Of a stretch of DNA of 64,000 nucleotides, positions 18,801 through 28,313 are shown one piece after another; within the stretch, counting starts at the first letter, position 1; the number at the start of each line of letters is the position of its first letter. A model generated the notes under the pieces. That model searched no databases. It was given only the letters and a program-made list of their open reading frames with translations, and was not told where the DNA came from. The stretch lies in IMG/VR virus record IMGVR_UViG_3300045988_120820, positions 64,001 through 128,000 of that record. One strand, written 5' to 3'. Source of the DNA: a virus. The translations under genes were made by a program, and so were the position numbers.

Positions 18801-19781
18801 TAATTGATTACATTTAGTCATAAGTATATTCTCTGAAGAATCCAATGTAGACAATTCTGAATTTTTTTGTGCTTTTAAACTTACATATTCTTTCCATTTT
18901 TTCATTCTTTTAGGTGTTAATACTTCAAATAGTTTTAAAGCTCTAATTAATTCTTTGCTCATATCTTCGTTTTCTATAAAGTATGAATAATTTTCAATAT
19001 AATTTAATCCTGTTGGATTTGCTTCTTCTACTATACACTCTTCTTCATTGCCTTCAAGGATTAATCTAGTTACAATGTCAGAAGAATTAAAAGTTTTTTC
19101 CAATGATTTTAAATAATTATCTTTATTTAGAACTAATTTTAAATCATTTCCAAATCCGTCAATATCGTATAGATTTATTAATTTATTTTTTCTATCAAAT
19201 ATAGGAACACAACAAAATTGTTCTGCAATAGTTTCAGTTATAAATGAATAAAAGGAAGTATTTGTTTCCTCTTGCATACGCATTTTAGGTTCTCCATTAT
19301 CCATGTATCTAACTGAATCGTCTATATGACCTAATCTCCAACCCGTTTGTTGATATAAATATTCATCAAAAGAATAAACATATGTATCTTCGTCTTTATC
19401 TTTTAACATAAGTCCACAATCTGATAAAGCTATTGTATTCTTTTCTAATTTCTTTTCCAATCCATAAGCTGTAATTGTTTTCGTATGATTTGATTGATTT
19501 TCATTTATTTCTTTAATTACAAAATACTCACCATCAACGCATATTAATCTTTCTGCTATAACTTCATCATATACATAATAATTTACCATTTTCTTTGAAA
19601 AATTATCTCTATATCTCAAAGGTATTGTAAAAGTTATCGTGTCTACTTCATCGATATTTCTACTTTCTTCTGTTAAATAAAATATAGGTATTTCTGCAAT
19701 AACGTCTCCGTTTAATTTTGTCAATGTAATCTCTTGTATTGGTTTTAATTCCTTAATAATTATATCGTTCATATTTATCAC
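15813..19781 (-). CDS. tail-associated lysin (Tal): prophage-tail N-domain, coiled coil, 2x Big_2, degenerate SGNH-like, NlpC/P60, 3D/RlpA-like domains
   Basis: 1322 aa directly after Dit. Big_2-like ATILPDTAKNKNVIWISSDENIASV appears twice. YGWDCSSYTGCCYDYAG..HHVMIYGY is P60-like. GSKIYIP..VCDTGVGGTDFDLFL is 3D-like. Confidence 0.8.
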   Translation of the reverse strand: MINMNDIIIKELKPIQEITLTKLNGDVIAEIPIFYLTEESRNIDEVDTITFTIPLRYRDNFSKKMVNYYVYDEVIAERLICVDGEYFVIKEINENQSNHTKTITAYGLEKKLEKNTIALSDCGLMLKDKDEDTYVYSFDEYLYQQTGWRLGHIDDSVRYMDNGEPKMRMQEETNTSFYSFITETIAEQFCCVPIFDRKNKLINLYDIDGFGNDLKLVLNKDNYLKSLEKTFNSSDIVTRLILEGNEEECIVEEANPTGLNYIENYSYFIENEDMSKELIRALKLFEVLTPKRMKKWKEYVSLKAQKNSELSTLDSSENILMTKCNQLQNIIDGYTDMETEEEYYLLDDIKSELDVSNLELQSVSSQIYKIEKELKELDIKINRLNKLCRRETSEDDAGNLLFNENLLSELKDYIYYDTYSDDSFVDANELIKTGKHILESKCKPTVEFSIDSANFVNRLLGDKIRLSPEIQLGLGDVISTYDKERDKEELVFFTGWAMNYEDNKLSLTFSNKKTNKEDTRVIADLLKKSKETKKIVSVNKWLWNKQKYNKVNSTLMTGMDLDLDFSPNKAYVDSVSSVDLSQHTLNINLNEEYILKATILPDTAKNKNVIWISSDENIASVSDGVIVGNGYGACIITVITEDGNKTDTCKVVVEVDMGDSSNVNVTGIRLNTNSLEIDKHESVYLLPTVIPTNANQSITYISSDGNIAKVSNEGLITGVGQGKCTITAISNKNTKIKASCTVTVSGKEAEINIDDLDEVLIIGTKRIQNLQEYNLAPKMTYFGNIVEDFDITTYPSDPKAIVVMLGLNNDSLCDISKIKTLLNSIKTKYTGKYIFVANELPVGINYATVDYNYEQLNSQIKNYNNMLQKIANELGLKSITVQGGMVENEVLASHYTYNGLDLNVVGCKMLLNNIKYQIKNNVGTFIPPDDEDNETNGVNFIRQKIMEKAEEIVRMCVNHQANYSQYYRTVDYRNPNTIKGRYETVGGVTYSQPSWVVLNQTYGWDCSSYTGCCYDYAGIPDLKGLSCGAGTLQQKLKQLGAEYWLYKEEGLKDAKPGDIVLCVNDGVSFNRNNVFTCRTHHVMIYGYSDYEMYEASGYSSGIRKGKRTFDKNQWIFFRLPQVAEADKNSSNGNTNTNVSDSEHPNVFYENGTIDGVNYVAKLTNCCMTGYYSAKYTTGGSGLPLEVAKSVGSYNLPYGSKIYIPFLKGKWGNKDGIVTVCDTGVGGTDFDLFLGKSYSDVSSKMTNPLRVDAYIVEYGNKSLAWSYTQSYNWAMNYYGKISQYKTRFTSYMKYGGTLINFWKFKEDDKTFFENSWINQIWNK

Positions 19782-20522
19782 CTATATTACTTCTGGGAAA
19801 CTACAATAAATAATTATATTGCATTCTCCTTCAACAATTAATTGGTTATCTCCTTGTTTTAAATTAATCCATTTTCTATTACAATCTGATATGGGATAAT
19901 ATCGCTTATCGGATTTAACCAAACACATTTTATTGTCTATTTTAATAGTTTCCTCTTCAAGTAAATTATTTATTACAAAATTGTTTATTCTTACTATTTG
20001 ATTTCTTTTACAATTACTTTCAATTACAATTACAGGTTCACAATTTAAATCTCCACTATTATGTATATCTATTAATTCTTTACCTTTTACTTCTTTTTCT
20101 ATAATTACTTTTTTATATGCATATTGGCTTAAAGGTTTAAATGTGACTTCTATACAACCTTTAGGTTCACCGTATGTAAATTTTTTTTGTATTTTCGTAC
20201 ATTTTAAATAATACACATAATTTAAGTTGTCATAAGAAATAAATTCCTCAAAGTTATCACTTATTAACCATTTTTTAATCTCTCTAAAATTTTCACTAGT
20301 CCATATTAAAGGCACTCCGTCTTTTTCTAAATATAATTGCAATATTATATCTTCGGGTTCTTCTTCTTTTTCATTATATAAATCTAAATTATCTTCTTTT
20401 TCTAATGTTTTATTATATGGAACTCCAAAATCATTTAGAACATCATTATCAGTGGTTAATATACTTAAAAATTTATCTTTAGATTGTTTTCCTTTCCAAA
20501 TAAAATATTGACTTTTAAACAA
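19782..20522 (-). CDS. distal tail protein (Dit)
   Basis: 246 aa between TMP and Tal, the canonical siphovirus position. Confidence 0.65.
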   Translation of the reverse strand: MFKSQYFIWKGKQSKDKFLSILTTDNDVLNDFGVPYNKTLEKEDNLDLYNEKEEEPEDIILQLYLEKDGVPLIWTSENFREIKKWLISDNFEEFISYDNLNYVYYLKCTKIQKKFTYGEPKGCIEVTFKPLSQYAYKKVIIEKEVKGKELIDIHNSGDLNCEPVIVIESNCKRNQIVRINNFVINNLLEEETIKIDNKMCLVKSDKRYYPISDCNRKWINLKQGDNQLIVEGECNIIIYCSFPEVI

Positions 20523-20565
20523 TTACATCACCCTCCTTATAATAGAGGGCTAATATATTAACCCT

Positions 20566-23500
20566 CTATAATGATTTATTAACAATATCTTTTAAAGTTT
20601 TATTAATCATTTCTTGCATGTCATCAAGAACATTTTCATCAACACTTCCTTCAACATTAATATTGATATCACCCACATTTAATGTTTTAGAAGTTGTATC
20701 TTTATTCATACCTTCTTTATAATTTACATTTCCTAATTGTTTGAATCCAAGTTCTTTAAATATATCTTTATAGTCTTTTAAATAATCCAAAGCTACTTCA
20801 AGATTATCACACAATTCTGTTTTAATTGAATCACCTAATATTCCTACTGCGTCTCCACTTGTTTCTGCAAAGTCAATCAATTTATCTTGTAAATTGGTAA
20901 TATTACCATTTAAATCAGTAAAAGTATTAGTCATCATCGCATCTTTAACCATTTGTGCTATTTTTTGTGGAGTATAAGTGTCATCTATATTTTGTGTCAT
21001 ATCTTCTTTCTTTTTATCTAAAGCGTCTAATTGTTCTTGGAACATATTATCGATGTCTTCATCAACCTTATTTTGAACTGTTTCATCTAATTTATCTTGA
21101 GCTTCTTTTAAATCGTCTAATAATTCTTTCAACTTAGATTTACCACTCATAGAATTATCTCGTTTTGCTAATTCTATTTTTTTATTAATAGTGTCAATTT
21201 CGTCTTGTTGTTCTTTTAAATTTTTTGCATAATCATCTTCATCACGTTGTTTTTTATAATCATCTCTTCTTTTTTCTATTAATTCTTTTTCTTTGTCATA
21301 TTGTTTTTCTATAGCGTCTTTACGTTTATCTATTTCATCTTTTATTACATCTGTGATTTTATCTTCTATGTCTTTCACTTTATTAAGTTTATCTTTTTGT
21401 AAATCTACTATGTTTTTTTGTAAATCAGCATAATTTTTTTCTGCGTCAGCTAAATCGTCATTTATTAAAGAAGTATATTCTTCTAATAAATCATTAACCT
21501 TTTCCAAATCTTCACTGTTTTGAAAACTGTTTAATACTTCGTCTATATTGCTTACATTTCCTTCTACATCAAATGTGAAACCATATTTAGATAAACTTTC
21601 TTGATATGTAGGAATCTTATTTTTCATATTAGTCATTAAATCCATTTGTTTAGATAGTTGTTCATTCATAAGTTTTAATTTTTCTTCTGTCAATTTAATT
21701 GTATCTACTCCATTTGAATTTTCTAGTTTAACATCTATTATATCAATTTTATTTCCTAGTATATCGAATTGATTTTTTAATTGAGTTATGGCGTTGCTAA
21801 ATTTATACAATTTATCTTCTCTAGTTAGTTTTTCAATTTCGTCATTATTTTCTTTAATTGTATTTTTCATTTCTTGCCATTGTTCTTCACAACTAAATAT
21901 ATCACTTTGTTGTATATCATAATATTTATTAGCTAAGTTTGTAAGTTTATCCAATTCTTCTTTATATTTACTAGCTTTATCGCTTGCTGTATTATTTGAA
22001 GAACCACTAGAAGAGCTACTTTTAGAAGATTTATCGGCTACATCTTGAAGTCGTTTATATTCTTTTTGCATAGCCAATAATTTTTCTTCATAGTTAGTCA
22101 TATTCCCATCTTCATTAAATTTGAATCCTTCTTTTTGAAGTTTTTGTTGAAGTGTTTCTCTTTCAGAAATTAAATCGTCATAATATTCTTTTTGAAGTTT
22201 AGCCTGTTCTTCTAATAATTTATTTTTTTGTTTAAGATATTTAATTTTTTCAGTACCTACTGCTTTTTCCATTTGTTTATCTAATAATGAAGTTTTCTTA
22301 GTTACTGTTTCAATTCTATATTGCAACTCTTTAAATAATTCAACAGAGTACTCAATCATATCTAATACATTTTGATATTCAAGGCTTATAGGAGTTAAAG
22401 CTGTTTCTATATCACCTATACTATTAAAATCTCTCGTAGCATAAGTACTTATTCCACCAGAACTATCTGAAGTAGAATTTGTTGTGCTTATATCATTTGC
22501 AGTTACTACAGGTTGTGAAGTCACCATTGGTGTAGCACTCAATTGCTCTACAGAATAAGGATTATCTTCTATATTAGAAAATTCACCTATAGAATCTCCC
22601 CACATTACTGATTTTCCCTTTCCACTATGAGGAACTTTTGATTTACCTTTTTCTGTATAGCTTAACGTAGCCATTATTGATATACTTCGTGGTATTTCGT
22701 TTATTTTTTGTTTTAAACTATCTAATTTATTTGATATATCGGCACTATTACTAATTATTTTAATATATTTCTCTGGAATTTTTAATCCTTGAAGTGCATA
22801 AAGTTGCTGTAATGCTTGAAAAGCCATTACGGTAACATCTACAACTTTATTTTTTAATTGTATAGCATCTACAGTTCCAAGTTCATCTAATGCATTAGAT
22901 AATGCTACTCCAACTTCAATTTGTTTTTCTGCTGGTAGTTGCCCTATTAAGTCCATTACGGTTGCTATGTCACCTTGAGCTAAAGCTTTATCTATTTTTA
23001 CTTTTATGTCTTTTTCATCTTTTTCATTTAATAGACTATCTATTTCAGCCTTAGCAGTTTTTATTGTATCTTCACCTAAAACATTTATATGACAACTTGT
23101 TACTGCTTCTGGATGGTCAAATACCCATTGAATCATGTCTTCATAAGATTTCAATTCAGATAAATCTTGAATGTTATTTTTAAAAAATGTTTCAATGTTT
23201 TTATCTTTACCTCTTAAATTATCCATTAATTTGGCATAATTTTCAACTTGGTCGGTATTTTCTATATTCGCTCTTAAAGTTTTTACTATTTCATCTTTTC
23301 CGTCAAATTGTTTAAAACTCGCAAAAGCGTCATCTATTTTCTTTTTATCGTCATCAGATACAGCATATTCTCCTGTAACAAACAGTTTACCTACATCTAT
23401 TTTACCTTTTCCAAATTGTTTATCTACAAGATTTTGAACGTCTTGAATTAAATTATTTCTAGTTTCTTCATCATCTTCTACATAAATTTGAGATAATTTA

Positions 23501-24519
23501 GCTGTTAATTCCATATCGTCTAAAGAAAATTCATTGTCGTCCATCAATCGATTAACCAAATCTTTTACTTTGTCTGGTAAATTACTATCTTCTAAAGTGG
23601 CTTTAACTTCTTTGATGTTGTAAACCATTTTTCCGTCTTTTTCTACTGTATCAAGACCACTTAAATCTTGAAGAAAATTATTGTAAGCGTCCCATGTTGC
23701 CATTAAATCTTTAGTTTCTTTATCTGTCATGTTTATGTTTTTACCAAAAGAACGTAAATAAGCATCCATAGCATTTTGAGCCATTTTAGCACTTTCTGGT
23801 AACTCTACCATACTTCTAGCTACATCTTCATTTACTCCCCATAATTTGGCTAAAGAAGGGATTAATTTTTCAATTCCTTGTTCATAAGCAGTAATGTCAC
23901 TTGTGTCTGCGTATGCTTGTTGTAAATCATACAATTTTCTTATTGATTTATCTATTGTTCCAGAATCAAACATTTTTTTCATATTCGATTCAAATAAACT
24001 TTGTTGTCCACTTGTTAATTGAGAAAAATCTAATCCATTTACAACTTCTATCATTTCAGATTGAACGTCACTTTTTAATTTACTGAAACCATCACCTATA
24101 GACAAAGAGTTTACTATACTTTTATTAATTTTTTGAGATTCGGCACTTATTTTTGCTTCAGCATCTACAACTGCCTCTTTAGCACTAGCATACGTATCAC
24201 TTAATTTAGCAAGCCTTTCTGAATAATCTTCTAGCCATGCTGAATCACCTGTTTGAACAAATGTGTTATTAAGTTCATCTTTCTTTTTTCTGATGTTTTC
24301 TATTTGTCTATTATATTCCTTAATTGCTTGTTTATTGAAAGCCCCATCTTTACCAGCAAATCCTTGTCCTTCATTCATTTTGTCTGTAGCATTTCTTTGT
24401 TGGTCTTTATATTCTTGATTCAGAGCCTCTTGTTGTTTCTTGATTAATTTATCATATTTTGCAATTAATTTATCAATATCTCCACCCATCGATAAAATCG
24501 GGTTATTATCTTTATCATA
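20566..24519 (-). CDS. tape measure protein, exon 5 (C-terminal 1317 aa)
   Basis: Long coiled-coil ORF. The proposed 3' splice acceptor lies after G at 24520, and the frame continues from exon 4 (..DIVLG|YDKDNNPILSMGG..). Confidence 0.75.
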   Translation of the reverse strand, partial: YDKDNNPILSMGGDIDKLIAKYDKLIKKQQEALNQEYKDQQRNATDKMNEGQGFAGKDGAFNKQAIKEYNRQIENIRKKKDELNNTFVQTGDSAWLEDYSERLAKLSDTYASAKEAVVDAEAKISAESQKINKSIVNSLSIGDGFSKLKSDVQSEMIEVVNGLDFSQLTSGQQSLFESNMKKMFDSGTIDKSIRKLYDLQQAYADTSDITAYEQGIEKLIPSLAKLWGVNEDVARSMVELPESAKMAQNAMDAYLRSFGKNINMTDKETKDLMATWDAYNNFLQDLSGLDTVEKDGKMVYNIKEVKATLEDSNLPDKVKDLVNRLMDDNEFSLDDMELTAKLSQIYVEDDEETRNNLIQDVQNLVDKQFGKGKIDVGKLFVTGEYAVSDDDKKKIDDAFASFKQFDGKDEIVKTLRANIENTDQVENYAKLMDNLRGKDKNIETFFKNNIQDLSELKSYEDMIQWVFDHPEAVTSCHINVLGEDTIKTAKAEIDSLLNEKDEKDIKVKIDKALAQGDIATVMDLIGQLPAEKQIEVGVALSNALDELGTVDAIQLKNKVVDVTVMAFQALQQLYALQGLKIPEKYIKIISNSADISNKLDSLKQKINEIPRSISIMATLSYTEKGKSKVPHSGKGKSVMWGDSIGEFSNIEDNPYSVEQLSATPMVTSQPVVTANDISTTNSTSDSSGGISTYATRDFNSIGDIETALTPISLEYQNVLDMIEYSVELFKELQYRIETVTKKTSLLDKQMEKAVGTEKIKYLKQKNKLLEEQAKLQKEYYDDLISERETLQQKLQKEGFKFNEDGNMTNYEEKLLAMQKEYKRLQDVADKSSKSSSSSGSSNNTASDKASKYKEELDKLTNLANKYYDIQQSDIFSCEEQWQEMKNTIKENNDEIEKLTREDKLYKFSNAITQLKNQFDILGNKIDIIDVKLENSNGVDTIKLTEEKLKLMNEQLSKQMDLMTNMKNKIPTYQESLSKYGFTFDVEGNVSNIDEVLNSFQNSEDLEKVNDLLEEYTSLINDDLADAEKNYADLQKNIVDLQKDKLNKVKDIEDKITDVIKDEIDKRKDAIEKQYDKEKELIEKRRDDYKKQRDEDDYAKNLKEQQDEIDTINKKIELAKRDNSMSGKSKLKELLDDLKEAQDKLDETVQNKVDEDIDNMFQEQLDALDKKKEDMTQNIDDTYTPQKIAQMVKDAMMTNTFTDLNGNITNLQDKLIDFAETSGDAVGILGDSIKTELCDNLEVALDYLKDYKDIFKELGFKQLGNVNYKEGMNKDTTSKTLNVGDININVEGSVDENVLDDMQEMINKTLKDIVNKSL

Positions 24520-25568
24520 CAATATCTTCAATTAGGTTCGCTACTTCCTAATCAGTTCTCTTATGAACTTCTCTATGTTTCCATAGAAGTTGAGACTATA
24601 TCTTTACCTTTATTAAAGGCACATACCACTTCCACTCGCTTGAGTGTACGAGCATTTGCTCTAGTCGTTGAAGTTTACTTTTATTAATTGCTTAAATTAT
24701 ATTTTTTTGAAAATTCAATACTATTTTTTAATCTATTAGGTTTATATTTCATATCAAATTTATAATAAAATTCTTTTGGTATATATTTTAAATAAGGTCT
24801 GACTACATCAAAAAATTTTCTAAAATTTGTAGCGTTAAAATACAATCTATAATATGTTCTATTCTTATATCCTTTGATTCCAGATTTATCAGTATGTATT
24901 TTTAAATCTATATCAAACCTTCTCTTAAACATGTCTTTAATTCTTACATTATCTTTATAACTGAAGCCTTGAGTATTTAGATACCCAAATCTTTTAGCAT
25001 AATTATTTTTAAACGAAACATGCCAGTTTCCATCATCTAAAAACCAAAGTAATAAACCAAAAGAATTTATATTGTTTAAAACTGTGTCTGATAAATATTT
25101 TTTACCATTTAATAATGTATTCTTTTTAAATTCTTCTTTATTAGGAATTTTTATTCTAACATTAGAATAAATATAAATACCAAATGTTGTATTTTTTTCA
25201 TAATCATATTTAGAATGAGTGTCTATTCCTAAAGAACTAAACGTATATTCTAACCATTCAACATAAAATCTTTGTTTATTGGTATGGACACAACGAATAT
25301 ACTCTCCATTGATATCACCATCCCCTAACATCAATCCATATAAACTATTTATTATTTCTTTCTCATTTTTAATCATGTGAATACTCACTCCTTTTTTTAT
25401 TTTCGCAATTAACTTAAAGTCTTACCTGCTGATTGCCCAATCCTTAAACTTTTTAAAACCATCACGCTCATCATTACTGATTACGTTGTGGTATTAAGGC
25501 TCTAAGGGGTTTCCAGCAATTCAATATGTTTTCTAATAATAATTTCTTATTATAGGGGCTATTTATTA
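24520..25568 (-). mobile_element. group-I-like intron TMP-I4 (family A, 1049 nt) carrying a LAGLIDADG ORF
   Basis: The exon ends GGU with UAA immediately after. A P1-like pairing GGGU|UAAUAAAUA-GCCC is present. The core ACGACUAG..AUAUAGUCUC is P7-like. The insert ends ..AAGAUAUUG. It is homologous to 26451-26860 and 43379-43748. Confidence 0.75.
24684..25376 (-). CDS. LAGLIDADG homing endonuclease (intron-encoded)
   Basis: Two motifs, LYGLMLGDGDI and LLLWFLDDGNW. AAGGAGTG SD upstream. ATG at 25376 is preferred over the track's non-ATG start at 25388. Confidence 0.85.
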   Translation of the reverse strand: MIKNEKEIINSLYGLMLGDGDINGEYIRCVHTNKQRFYVEWLEYTFSSLGIDTHSKYDYEKNTTFGIYIYSNVRIKIPNKEEFKKNTLLNGKKYLSDTVLNNINSFGLLLWFLDDGNWHVSFKNNYAKRFGYLNTQGFSYKDNVRIKDMFKRRFDIDLKIHTDKSGIKGYKNRTYYRLYFNATNFRKFFDVVRPYLKYIPKEFYYKFDMKYKPNRLKNSIEFSKKYNLSN

Positions 25569-26450
25569 ACCCAAGACAATATCTTCACCACAAATATCAA
25601 TTATTTGTTGTTGTAACTCTTTAAATCTTTCTTGTTGTGCAGAAGTTTTATCTACTGTATCGTATAATTTTTTATATTCATCTCTAATATTGGATAAATT
25701 TGTTTTTGCTTTTGTTGAGCTAGTTACTTTATTATTTAAATTGGTTATATTTTCTGCATTTTTTTCTAAAGCGTCATTAAGTTTATTAGCCTCGTCTGTA
25801 AAATGTTGAATAACTTTACCTATTCCCCATGATACGAGCATACCTATACCCATATTTATAACGCCCATAGCTAAATTCATAGCTCCTAAAGCTACTTTTG
25901 TTCCTAATGCTTTAGCCTCTACACCTGCTAAAGCACTTCTAACTGCTGTTAATCCAGAGGCAAATACTCCAGATGATTGACGAGCCTCTTTAAATGAAGT
26001 ACCTATCCCTTTTATTACATTCCAAGATTTTCCAAGATAACTAGCTTGAAATCCTTCTTTTATTGTTGCAAAGAATCCTGGATTAGCAGTCCCAACCATC
26101 GTAGCACTAGATGCTTGTCGTGTTGCAGTGGCTTGTCCTTCTAGTGCAGTAGTTGTACTCAAAGCTTCGGCTTTTAATCTTCTTTCTTGATTAATTAATG
26201 CTTCAAATCCACCACTTTGATTAAATTTTATTGATTCAAAAATACCAGAAATTGCCCCTGCTATTACGGGTAATCCTACACCCATGTCATCTATATACTT
26301 AACAAATTTATCTAACATGTCTAAAGCACTTATACCAATGTCTAAAAATCCTTTTGCCGTATTTCCACTTACAGCTGTATTGACTATACTTCTCCATTTT
26401 TCTTGGAGTAATGTAAGTTTCCCTTGCACGGAGTCTATATATCTTGCATT
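25569..26450 (-). CDS. tape measure protein, exon 4 (294 aa)
   Basis: NARYIDSVQGKLTLLQEKW.. continues the TMP core, followed by hydrophobic Gly/Ala-rich segments typical of TMPs. Confidence 0.75.
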
Positions 26451-26860
26451 CGTTATCTTCACATAAATTCGCTACATTTACGCAGTTCTCTTATGAACTT
26501 CCTATACTTTCATATAGAGTCGAGACTATTTCTTCACCTTCAGCATTATCTGTTAAGGGCAAAGTATTTCCACTATCAATAGCTTATAGTGTACGGTTTC
26601 ACAACCTAGTCGTTGAAAGTTTAATCTAATTTATTAATTATTTTTTAAATCTTTTAAATGATTTTTAATTATATTAGATTAATACTTGCATGAACACCCA
26701 TTGTTTAAGATTACTTAGGATTTAACCATATAATCATCCTTACGTTTTTTCTACTTTCGTACCTTCACGTTTATTGTTACCAATTACGTTGTGGTGTAAG
26801 GCTTTAGGGATTACCTGCTTTTAACTTTGTGTCCTACGCACATTTCTGTACGTACGGAGA
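26451..26860 (-). mobile_element. group-I-like intron TMP-I3 (family A, ~410 nt, ORF-less); 5' junction uncertain (26861 or 26870)
   Basis: Shares UAGGACACAA, GCAGGUAAUCCC..ACACCACAACGUAAU, CAACGACUAG, AAAUAGUCUC and the ..AAGAUAACG 3' end with the capsid and I4 introns. Confidence 0.7.
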
Positions 26861-26977
26861 ATGTTGTTTCTCTTTCATTGAACTTCCGAAAGTGTCGCCA
26901 TTTTCGTACTCTTTCATAAATTTTTCTGCTTGACTCCAGTTACTCATTATTGCTGTGAAAACGTTCAGTTGGTTTTT
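26861..26977 (-). CDS. tape measure protein, exon 3 (mini-exon, ~36-39 aa)
   Basis: Hand translation KNQLNVFTAIMSNWSQAEKFMKEYENGDTFGSSMKE(KQH). This is the xxQxNxFxAxMxNW segment expected after AIAG in TP901-type TMPs. It is not in the ORF track. Confidence 0.7.
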
Positions 26978-28142
26978 CGGTTTGTTATCGTAAAGGCTTT
27001 TTATCCTCTACTTCTTATAGTTTCCTATAAGCCCAGCATACATTTTCACCCTCGTTTAACGTTAGGTATTGATGGTTGCAAACCCATCTCAAGTATTACT
27101 ATATAATACTGTGGAGGAGGCTCGTGATAGGATTATTGCTAACAATATCGCTCACCTATTATGCGTTACGGATGTTCTCTGTTAAGACACCCTCGGTATT
27201 ACCATATCCGTTAAGGACTTAGGCTCTCTTACCACCTTAATCTTTCGATTTAGTTGACCGATACACCCCTCTAATCTACATGATATTTCTACCATGAGTG
27301 GCATAATATTTAATTAATAGTTTATATTTTTTAAATTTTCTTTCTAAATATATATTTGAATTTTTATAAATATAATCACAAAAAGTTAATACATCTTCTT
27401 TTTTATTAGTTACTAATCTAAAGATATCATTGGATTTACAATTCGTTTTGTAAATTCTCCCCAATGGAATATTTGTATTCAAACATATACCTTCTAGGAT
27501 ATTTTTAGTTCCTAATATTTCTATACTTTGATGTTTTTCAGTACAAACAATACAACCATCTCCATCTAAATACCCTCTTATAAAATGAGGTGTTAATTCT
27601 TTAGGAACTTGTTCTTCTGTTGGAAAAGTTAATGTCAATGATTTTCTAGGAGTACATCCTAATTTAATTAAATCTTGCTTCATTTTTTTATTTTTAAAAG
27701 ATACTCTACATCTAAAATCATCTACAATTAATTTTCCCTCAAACCCTATAAAATCTTTGAATTTTTGAAGATGCTCTTTATCTGATAATTGTAAAGAAAG
27801 TTCTATATCATTTCTTTTACCACTTGAAATACTTCCATCGGCATATAAAAATCCTAACCAATAAGCTTTTTCTTCAGAGTCTATTTTCTCAAATATATCA
27901 TCGTTTATCTTCTTTTTATGTGGCATAATATTAACTTTTATACCTTGGTTTTTTAAATAAGAAGAAAATCTACTTCTTGAAATTTTTAATTCTTTACTGA
28001 TTCTAGCTGTAGATACTCCTTCTAAATACATTTTTAAACCCAAATTATATTTTTCTAAAGTTTCCTCCATCATAATATTCACCCCCTTTTTATTCTTTCC
28101 TTTATTAATTATTTTTAAACCTTTTAAACTATTAATTTATAT
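26978..28142 (-). mobile_element. group-I-like intron TMP-I2 (family B, 1165 nt) carrying a LAGLIDADG ORF near its 5' end
   Basis: The exon ends GGU and the insert ends GAUAACAAACCG. It shares AUUAGAGGGGUGUAUCGGU and GGUGAAAAUGUAUGCUGG with the terminase intron 51617-51968. Confidence 0.75.
27276..28073 (-). CDS. LAGLIDADG homing endonuclease with N-terminal HTH (intron-encoded)
   Basis: Motifs WLGFLYADGSI and FIRGYLDGDGCI. N-terminal TARISKELKISRSRFSSYLKNQG is HTH-like. GGGGGTG SD lies 8 nt before the ATG at 28073. Confidence 0.85.
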   Translation of the reverse strand: MMEETLEKYNLGLKMYLEGVSTARISKELKISRSRFSSYLKNQGIKVNIMPHKKKINDDIFEKIDSEEKAYWLGFLYADGSISSGKRNDIELSLQLSDKEHLQKFKDFIGFEGKLIVDDFRCRVSFKNKKMKQDLIKLGCTPRKSLTLTFPTEEQVPKELTPHFIRGYLDGDGCIVCTEKHQSIEILGTKNILEGICLNTNIPLGRIYKTNCKSNDIFRLVTNKKEDVLTFCDYIYKNSNIYLERKFKKYKLLIKYYATHGRNIM

Positions 28143-28313
28143 ACCTGCAATCGCTTCAGCTACAGAAGATTTACTTTTTTTATCTAATTTATCCCACATT
28201 CCTGCTATATCGCCCATGATGTCATAGAAATCTCTAACTTGGCCATTTGAATCGTGCATATCAATTCCAGTTATTTTTTCTATGGCCATTGCTGTTTTAT
28301 TCATTGAAATACT
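28143..28313 (-). CDS. tape measure protein, exon 2 (mini-exon, 57 aa)
   Basis: Hand translation SISMNKTAMAIEKITGIDMHDSNGQVRDFYDIMGDIAGMWDKLDKKSKSSVAEAIAG, the conserved TMP core segment. It is not in the ORF track. Confidence 0.75.

Noticed and set aside
24519-25586. GAAGATATTGT present both at the end of TMP exon 4 (25576-25586) and at the 3' end of intron I4 (24519-24529). This was considered as a target-site duplication or an alternative splice register.
   Set aside because: Joining within the repeat gives an immediate in-frame stop. The 3' copy aligns with the conserved AAGAUAxxG tail of the other family-A introns, so it is intron sequence and the exon match is likely coincidental.
26444-26629. 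+ strand ORFs lying in the intervening sequences (26284-26466, 26444-26629, 28574-28825, 43614-43904).
   Set aside because: They run antisense to conserved intron core sequence or exon ends. They lack an SD and have odd composition. The region is better explained as structured intron RNA on the minus strand.
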